This document shows, piece after piece, positions 7,290 through 12,213 of a stretch of 12,213 nucleotides of DNA (its first letter is position 1; every line of letters begins with the position of its first letter). The DNA is taken from the NCBI GenBank assembly GCA_038321865.1, contig JBBQFH010000055.1, positions 1-12,213 of the forward strand, read 5' to 3'. Source of the stretch: Gemmatimonadales bacterium (lineage in GTDB: Bacteria; Gemmatimonadota; Gemmatimonadetes; Gemmatimonadales; GWC2-71-9). A program made the translations under genes and the position numbers. The notes under the pieces were generated by a model. It searched no databases. It was given only the letters and a program-made list of their open reading frames with translations, and was not told where the DNA came from.

Positions 7290-7741
7290 CGGCAGTCCTG
7301 ACCGACGGGTCCGAGGCGCGGAAGGCGGCGCAGCCATTCCTGATGGCGCAGCACGCGCGACTGTCGAACGTTCGCATCGTGTGGGCGTTCACGGACGCCA
7401 AGCCCCCGAAGAAGTTCACCTGCAAGGCGTTCGCGAGCATCACGATCCTGACCCCGTTGCACCGGTACCTCTCGGCCGGTGGCGGCGGCGAGGAGGAGGC
7501 AGCGGACGTGGCGATCGTGCTGAATCGTGTGTTGTGGTACGCCTGCACACCCGTCCAGCAGCGGTGGGTCCTGGATGACGCGCTCGAGCACATCTGGCTC
7601 GACGAGGATGGCGCGCTCAGCTTGCGGGAGCACGACATCGAGGCGTTCAGCGGGGTCCTGGAGCGTCAGGGCATCCCGTTCGACTCGATGCGCCATGCGG
7701 CTCGCGTCATCCGCCAGCTCGGACAGGAGGCGATGGGATGA
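7286..7741 (+). CDS. Putative phage metallopeptidase-family protein, active site degenerate (151 aa)
   Basis: ATGA overlap; family-like motifs HARLSNVRIVWAF, DVAIVLNRVLW and LREHDIEAFSGVLERQG, but DDALEH stands where DHELxH is expected. Confidence 0.7.
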   Translation: MTAVLTDGSEARKAAQPFLMAQHARLSNVRIVWAFTDAKPPKKFTCKAFASITILTPLHRYLSAGGGGEEEAADVAIVLNRVLWYACTPVQQRWVLDDALEHIWLDEDGALSLREHDIEAFSGVLERQGIPFDSMRHAARVIRQLGQEAMG

Positions 7742-7968
7742 ACGTGGCGATCGACGGCGGCTGGCCCGAGCTCGATCGGGCGAACGACAACACGCTCGCG
7801 TGGCTCGCGAACCGGCTCACGGATGCCGAGCGCGGCGCGACCTGGCCGTCGCGGGATGCGGCGACGCGCGCCATCCTCGACGCGCACGAGGGGATGCCGG
7901 AGAAGGACCCGCGCAGCGACCTGCTGCACCGCTTCTTCCGCGGCGGGAACTGGCGGCCGGACGCATGA
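7738..7968 (+). CDS. Hypothetical phage protein (76 aa)
   Basis: ATGA overlaps at both ends; GGAGG upstream. Confidence 0.65.
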   Translation: MNVAIDGGWPELDRANDNTLAWLANRLTDAERGATWPSRDAATRAILDAHEGMPEKDPRSDLLHRFFRGGNWRPDA

Positions 7969-8522
7969 CCGACCTGCTCTTTCTGGATGTGGAGACAGGG
8001 GGACTTTCCCCGGCCACCGACGCGCTGCTCGAGGTGGGGCTGGTGCACTGGCGGGACGGCGCGGTGCTGGACACGCTGAACTTGAGCATCCGCTCCGACG
8101 GGCGCCGGGTGGATCCCGAGGCGCTGCGCGTCAACGGCATCGACGTCGCGGCGCACGATCGCACGGCGCGCCACCCGATCCATGCGGCCGCGTACCTGTG
8201 CACCTGGATCGGGACGCGCTGGCCGGGGATGCGTCCCGACCCCGCCGGCCACAACGTGCCGTTCGACCTGGGCTTCCTGCAGGTCCTGCTGGGTCGGGAG
8301 CGCTACGGCCGGGTGCTCGGACGGCGCGCGGTGGACACCTGCGCGATCCTCCGCTTCGTGTGCGAGGCGGAGCTCGTGACGCTGCCGCGGCACAGCCTGG
8401 ACATGGCCTGCGCGCACTTCGGGATCCGCCGCGAGCGTGCCCACCGCGCGCTCGACGATGCGCTCGCCGCGGCCGAGCTCTACGGCCATCTGCTGGCCGT
8501 GGTGCGGGGGAGGGCGGCGTGA
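7965..8522 (+). CDS. DEDDh 3'-5' exonuclease (DnaQ/epsilon-like, 185 aa)
   Basis: ExoI FLDVETGGL, ExoII GHNVPFDLGFL, VDT, ExoIII AHRALDDA; ATGA overlap at 7965. Confidence 0.92.
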   Translation: MTDLLFLDVETGGLSPATDALLEVGLVHWRDGAVLDTLNLSIRSDGRRVDPEALRVNGIDVAAHDRTARHPIHAAAYLCTWIGTRWPGMRPDPAGHNVPFDLGFLQVLLGRERYGRVLGRRAVDTCAILRFVCEAELVTLPRHSLDMACAHFGIRRERAHRALDDALAAAELYGHLLAVVRGRAA

Positions 8523-8770
8523 GCGACAACGCAAGACTTCGCCAACGGGACGGCGACCAGCAACTCCCCACTCCCGGCCGCGAGAACGTCTCCGAGGCAG
8601 TGAAAGCCGATCTGGATGCGCGGATCGCACTGGGCATCCAGCTGTACGGCACGCCGCTGCAGACCTTCAACGGGCGGGACGCCTTGCGCGACGCCTACGA
8701 AGAGGCGCAGGACCTCGTGCATTACCTGAAGCAGGCGCTCATGGAGCGCGACGCGGGAGGTGCTGCTTGA
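8519..8770 (+). CDS. Small all-alpha phage protein, possibly MazG-like nucleotide pyrophosphohydrolase (83 aa)
   Basis: GTGA overlap; LGIQLYGTPLQTFNGRDALRDAYEEAQDLVHYLKQAL carries an EExxD acidic helix like the metal-binding helix of all-alpha NTP pyrophosphatases. The CDS is well supported; the function is inferred. Confidence 0.6.
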   Translation: MSDNARLRQRDGDQQLPTPGRENVSEAVKADLDARIALGIQLYGTPLQTFNGRDALRDAYEEAQDLVHYLKQALMERDAGGAA

Positions 8771-8801
8771 CCGAGAAGACGCGCCGCTACCAGGAGGGGA
8801 G

Positions 8802-8810
8802 TGGTAAAAT
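8802..8810 (+). promoter_or_regulatory. Extended -10 promoter candidate (TGgTAAAAT) for the HNH gene
   Basis: TG-n-TAAAAT at 8802-8810 in the only intergenic, locally AT-rich gap; no recognisable -35 at 17-bp spacing. Confidence 0.6.
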
Positions 8811-8829
8811 AGTGCAGCGAAATAGGTGT

Positions 8830-8883
8830 GCCCCCGCGCTGTTTGCACCAGCCGGGGGCGTGGCAACGAAGGAGTTATCTTCG
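8830..8883 (+). promoter_or_regulatory. Structured 5' leader: GC-rich hairpin plus RBS-sequestering hairpin
   Basis: GCCCCCG 8830-8836 pairs with CGGGGGC 8853-8859 and GCTG 8838-8841 with CAGC 8849-8852; CGAAG 8867-8871 pairs with CTTCG 8879-8883, overlapping the RBS GAAGGAG 8868-8874. Confidence 0.6.
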
Positions 8884-9573
8884 ATGCAATCTGAGTCTAC
8901 CCCCGCGCCTCTCCCATGCGCCCACTGCGGCGCCGTGTTCACGAAGCGCAAACCCTCTCAGCGGCGGCGTTTCTGCTCACACCGATGTGCCGATAGCCAT
9001 CGGACAGTGGTGGCGCGTGAGTCATTCTGGTCCAAAGTTGCGAAGTCGGCAGATCCGGACGGGTGCTGGCTTTGGACTGGTCAGCTTGGCGCAGGCGGCT
9101 ATGGGAAGCTCACGCTTGGCGGCGAGCACCTTCTGGCTCACCGTCTTTCCTACGCACGAGCAGCCGGACCGATTCCCGATGGCTTGTGGGCACTGCATCA
9201 CTGCCCGTCGGGGGATAACCCTTCATGCGTTCGCAACGACACCAAAAGCACCTACGTTCTTGATGGTGTTGAGCATCCTCTGTGTGGCCACTTGTGGCTC
9301 GGGACGAACGCCGACAACAACCGAGACATGCTGCTGAAAGGGCGTCAGGCCGCTGGAGATCGTAGCGGGTCGAGGCTGCATCCCGAATCGCGCAAGGGTC
9401 CACGAGGCGAACTGCAAGGCGCTTCTAAGCTGACCTGGGAAGCAGCCCGGGAAATCCGCCGTCTCTACGCGGCCGGCGGAATGAGTCAACGCGCTCTTGC
9501 CTCTCAATTCGGTGTCACGCAATCGACCCTCGGCAGCTTGCTGCGTGGGGAGACGTGGCAGGAACAGTCATGA
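8884..9573 (+). CDS. Free-standing HNH (HNH_3-type) homing endonuclease with N-terminal Zn finger and C-terminal HTH (229 aa)
   Basis: CAHCG...FCSHRC; FWSKV, CWLWTG, GYG, AHRLSY, LHHC..DNPSCV, HLWLGTNADNNRDM; SKLT...IRRLY...SQRALASQFGVTQSTLGSLLRGETW. RBS GAAGGAG; visibly more A/T-ending codons than the flanking genes. Alternative in-frame TTG start at 8767. Confidence 0.92.
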   Translation: MQSESTPAPLPCAHCGAVFTKRKPSQRRRFCSHRCADSHRTVVARESFWSKVAKSADPDGCWLWTGQLGAGGYGKLTLGGEHLLAHRLSYARAAGPIPDGLWALHHCPSGDNPSCVRNDTKSTYVLDGVEHPLCGHLWLGTNADNNRDMLLKGRQAAGDRSGSRLHPESRKGPRGELQGASKLTWEAAREIRRLYAAGGMSQRALASQFGVTQSTLGSLLRGETWQEQS

Positions 9574-10181
9574 CGGGGGCGAAGCAGAGAATACCGCTGG
9601 CTCAGGCTGAGTACCTGGCCGCCGAACTGGTGGCGCTGCTGTCGCCTGCGTGCGTCAGGATCGAAGTGGCAGGGAGCATTCGGCGACGCAAAGCCACGGT
9701 CGGCGACGTCGAACTGGTGATGGTGCCCAAGCTGGAAGCTGAGATGGACATGTTCGGCCTGAAGCCTGGTGGCAGCCGCAACTTGCTGGACGAATTGGCC
9801 GACGCACTGTTCGTCAGCGGCACGCTCGAGGCGCGCCAGGACATCAACGGCCGTCCGCGCTGGGGCAGTCGCTACAAGGCCGCCATGTACCGCGGCTTCG
9901 CAGTTGACCTGTTCAGCGTGCTGCAGCCCGCGCAGTGGGGCACGATCTTCTTGATTCGTACGGGCTCGGCGAAATTCTCGCACCGGCTGGTCACGCAGCG
10001 GCGCCAGGGCGGCTGCATGCCCGCCTGGATGCAGGAGCGTGACGGCGCGCTGTGGAGCCACGGCGAGATGGTCCCCACCCCGGAAGAGACCGATGTGTTC
10101 GCTGCTCTCGGGTTGCCGTTCGTGCCGCCGGAGCAGCGCACCGAGTCGTGGCGCCCCGTGGGCATGGGGGCGTTCTCGTGA
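9570..10181 (+). CDS. polX: Minimal family-X DNA polymerase (palm + thumb only, 203 aa)
   Basis: EVAGSIRRRKATVGDVELV, third acidic residue in VDLF, IRTGS, and thumb motif EETDVFAALGLPFVPPEQR; no N-terminal lyase/HhH domain and no PHP domain. Confidence 0.88.
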   Translation: MTGAKQRIPLAQAEYLAAELVALLSPACVRIEVAGSIRRRKATVGDVELVMVPKLEAEMDMFGLKPGGSRNLLDELADALFVSGTLEARQDINGRPRWGSRYKAAMYRGFAVDLFSVLQPAQWGTIFLIRTGSAKFSHRLVTQRRQGGCMPAWMQERDGALWSHGEMVPTPEETDVFAALGLPFVPPEQRTESWRPVGMGAFS

Positions 10182-10339
10182 GCGTCGAGACGTACAGGCC
10201 CGTCTGGCTGAACTGGATCCCATTGCAGCGGTGCCTGACGTGCCCCCTGATGATCTGGCGGGGGTGGCGCTATCCGGCGGGGCCTCTCTGCGGCGAGTGC
10301 CACGAGGCCTATCAGCGAGACGAGAGGATGGCGAGTTGA
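10178..10339 (+). CDS. Small CxxC-CxxC Zn-finger protein (53 aa)
   Basis: GTGA overlap; RCLTC...LCGECH. Confidence 0.6.
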   Translation: MSVETYRPVWLNWIPLQRCLTCPLMIWRGWRYPAGPLCGECHEAYQRDERMAS

Positions 10340-10361
10340 CCGCCGAGCAGGGTGCGCTGCT

Positions 10362-10775
10362 GTGAAGGCCCTGACCCTGACCCAACCCTGGGCAACCCTG
10401 GTCGCGCTCGGCGAGAAGAAGATCGAGACGCGCTCCTGGACCACGCGCTACACGGGGCCGCTGGCCATCCATGCGGCCAAGTCGTTCCCGGACTGGGCCA
10501 TGGAGCTGGCGACTTCGTACGAGGTCTTCACCCGCGCGCTGCAGCGTCACGGCCTGTCCGCACACCAGCTCCCGCGGGGAGTCGTGCTGGCGACCTGCCG
10601 GCTCAAGGATGCGCTGCCCACCACGTCGCTCCTAGCACCCGGCTTGGCCACGCGGGAGTGGGCATTCGGGGACTGCTCGCCGGGGCGGTTCATGTTCCGC
10701 CTCGAGGACGTGGTGCCGCTCGAGCGACCCGTGCCGGCGCGCGGCTCGCTGGGACTGTGGGAGTGGGAGCCGTGA
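10362..10775 (+). CDS. ASCH domain protein (137 aa)
   Basis: MKALTLTQPWATLVALGEKKIETRSW..RYTGPLAIHAAK (GxKxxExR signature) and C-terminal PVPARGSLGLWEW. Confidence 0.92.
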   Translation: MKALTLTQPWATLVALGEKKIETRSWTTRYTGPLAIHAAKSFPDWAMELATSYEVFTRALQRHGLSAHQLPRGVVLATCRLKDALPTTSLLAPGLATREWAFGDCSPGRFMFRLEDVVPLERPVPARGSLGLWEWEP

Positions 10776-10927
10776 GGGCGGCCTGGCGCGGCGACGTGGT
10801 CACGCCATTCCTGCTGGGCATGGCGTGCGGGATCGTGGCCGCCACCGCGGTGCTGGTGGCCAATTACCTGAGCTGGTACGTCGGGCGGCGCACGTTTTGG
10901 GTGCGGTTGAAGATGGGGGAGGGCTAG
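10772..10927 (+). CDS. Small membrane protein (51 aa)
   Basis: GTGA overlap, GGGAG upstream; hydrophobic FLLGMACGIVAATAVLVANYLSW; stop abuts the next ATG. Confidence 0.6.
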   Translation: MRAAWRGDVVTPFLLGMACGIVAATAVLVANYLSWYVGRRTFWVRLKMGEG

Positions 10928-11647
10928 ATGACCACGGGGCAGCAGTACGTCCACAAGGAGGCGTTCTGCCTCATGAAATACCAGACCGAGGACGGCTCCG
11001 AGACCGAGTGGATCTGGAACAGCCGCGACGGCGTGACGCCGTTCGTCGTGATGTCCCGCTCCGGCCGGAAGATGCGGCACGTCGAGTGGGCCCGCGATCG
11101 GCAGATCCCGGAGTACCTGCCCCTGCCGGGCATGCGCATCTTCGCGGACCTGACGCCCGAGCGCGCGCGGATGATTGCCGAGAAGACGGTCGCGCGCGAT
11201 TGGGACCGCGATTGGGACGATGCGGAGTACCCGATGCGCGCGCAGTGGCCGACGAAGGATGCCGCAGTCGCGGATATCGCGGCCGACCTGCTGCGGCAGC
11301 CGGGCACGCCGGACCTGATCGAGGCCGATCCGGAGGTACCCGTGCCCGGCGATGCAGATGTGGCGGGGCTGCGGGAAGGTCACGAGCGTTGCTGTGGTGA
11401 ACACGAGGAGGGGCTTGCGACGTGCAAGCGATGTGGCGGGACGTGGCCCTGCTTGGCTGAGAGGGTTTGCGCCCGCCTCCAGCGGGCCGAGGCGCGGGCG
11501 GGGGAGTACGTCAAAGCGTTGCGGGCAGTGCGACAGCCTGTGGCAAACGCGTGGACGCATTCCCCGCTGGACTCGCGTGTTGAACTCGACCTGCACGAAG
11601 CCCTGCTGCGCGTGGATGCCGCGCTGTCTTCGGCAACGGCGGGATAG
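10928..11647 (+). CDS. Hypothetical phage protein with EAFCLM/IWNSRDGVTPF motifs and a C-terminal CxxC-WPC module (239 aa)
   Basis: GGGGAGG upstream, abutting genes on both sides; HERCC...CKRCGGTWPC is a probable Zn site. Confidence 0.75.
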   Translation: MTTGQQYVHKEAFCLMKYQTEDGSETEWIWNSRDGVTPFVVMSRSGRKMRHVEWARDRQIPEYLPLPGMRIFADLTPERARMIAEKTVARDWDRDWDDAEYPMRAQWPTKDAAVADIAADLLRQPGTPDLIEADPEVPVPGDADVAGLREGHERCCGEHEEGLATCKRCGGTWPCLAERVCARLQRAEARAGEYVKALRAVRQPVANAWTHSPLDSRVELDLHEALLRVDAALSSATAG

Positions 11648-11986
11648 ATGCCCACCCGGGCCCCCCGCAACCCCAACGCCGCCATCGCCGAGAAGGACTT
11701 CCAGAAGGGCGTGGTGCGCCTGGCCCGGCAGCTCGGGTACTCGGTCTTCCACCCTTTCCTGTCGATCCGCTCCGATCCCGGATTCCCCGATCTGGTCTTG
11801 ATCCGCCCGGCCGACGGCAGGTACAGCGGGCGGGTCATCTTCTGCGAGCTGAAACGGGTGGGCAAGGAGCCGACGGAGAAGCAGCAGGCCTGGCTGGACG
11901 TGCTCGCCGCCGCGGGGGCGGAAGTTCACCTTTGGAGACCTGGTGATCCCGACGATCAAGAAATCTTGAACATCCTGGCGAGGTGA
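11648..11986 (+). CDS. VRR-NUC (PD-(D/E)xK) nuclease, probable Holliday junction resolvase (112 aa)
   Basis: EKDFQ, GFPDLVL, FCELK, PTEKQQAWLDVL and VHLWRP motifs. Confidence 0.9.
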   Translation: MPTRAPRNPNAAIAEKDFQKGVVRLARQLGYSVFHPFLSIRSDPGFPDLVLIRPADGRYSGRVIFCELKRVGKEPTEKQQAWLDVLAAAGAEVHLWRPGDPDDQEILNILAR

Positions 11987-11987
11987 C

Positions 11988-12213
11988 ATGGCACTGAAAG
12001 ACCCGGCAGCGAGGAGAGCGTGGAATTTGGCCTATAAGGCCGCTCGCCGAGCAGACTTGGCCGCCAAACAGCGCGACTACTACCAGAGAAACAGGGAGCG
12101 TTGCATGGCGGCCAACTTGGCGCGCATCGCCGCCAAGCCCTTCTGGTCTCGCGCCATCGTTTTCGCCAACATGGCCAATCGCCGAGCGAAGAAGTGGGGC
12201 ACGACCGAGAAGC
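11988..12213 (+). CDS. Truncated CDS, probably the N-terminus of a second HNH endonuclease
   Basis: ATG 11988 after GAGGTG, open to the window end: MALKDPAARRAWNLAYKAARRADLAAKQRDYYQRNRERCMAAN...ANRRAKKWGTTEK, a basic helical region of the kind that precedes phage HNH domains. The catalytic motif is not visible. Confidence 0.55.
   Translation, partial: MALKDPAARRAWNLAYKAARRADLAAKQRDYYQRNRERCMAANLARIAAKPFWSRAIVFANMANRRAKKWGTTEK

Larger units (their letters stand above)
1..12213 (+). mobile_element. Phage/prophage replication-recombination gene module (both ends lie outside the window)
   Basis: Co-directional, tightly overlapping small ORFs with a typical phage early-gene content (helicase, exonuclease, HNH, VRR-NUC, ASCH, Xis-like HTH, many small Zn-finger proteins) and no housekeeping genes. 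Confidence 0.9.

Noticed and set aside
8767..8772. TTGACC as the -35 element of the HNH promoter
   Set aside because: It ends 32 bp upstream of TAAAAT, far from the 16-18 bp spacing; better explained as a stop/start overlap.
8830..8859. Hairpin as a rho-independent terminator
   Set aside because: No U-tract on either strand; it lies between a promoter candidate and an RBS.
8771..9573. HNH gene as part of a group I intron or intein
   Set aside because: The non-coding flank is only about 113 bp with no room for an intron core, no intein terminal motifs are present, and the downstream polX is complete with its own start.
10369..10401. Short ccctga/caaccctgg repeats at the ASCH start
   Set aside because: Explained by codons of the conserved ALTLTQPWATL motif.
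1..12213. Host assignment (e.g. Chloroflexota or Actinomycetota)
   Set aside because: High GC and protein styles are suggestive only; no marker gene is present.

Overview
High-GC bacteriophage or prophage early/middle (DNA replication-recombination) module. About 24 genes lie on the + strand, almost all translationally coupled through ATGA/GTGA/TGATG overlaps, with one real intergenic gap (8771-8883). Recognisable products, from motif reading only: a SWIM Zn-finger protein, a large Gp3-like (phiC31 recombination-directionality-factor-like) protein, a membrane-anchored SLT/lysozyme-like protein, a double Xis/MerR-like HTH plus Zn-ribbon protein, a RecA-fold AAA_25-type helicase, a TubC_N-like protein, a degenerate phage metallopeptidase, a DEDDh 3'-5' exonuclease, a MazG-like small protein, a free-standing HNH endonuclease, a minimal family-X DNA polymerase, an ASCH protein, a VRR-NUC nuclease and a truncated probable second HNH gene. 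The most notable non-coding structures are (1) a bipartite inverted array of nine GYCCAAC repeats followed by G4-capable tracts at the helicase 3' end (candidate origin) and (2) a promoter/hairpin/RBS-sequestering leader in front of the HNH gene, which may have inserted at the 5' end of the polX gene. No structural genes, integrase, primase, RNA genes or CRISPR array are visible. All family assignments are from recalled motifs, not database searches.
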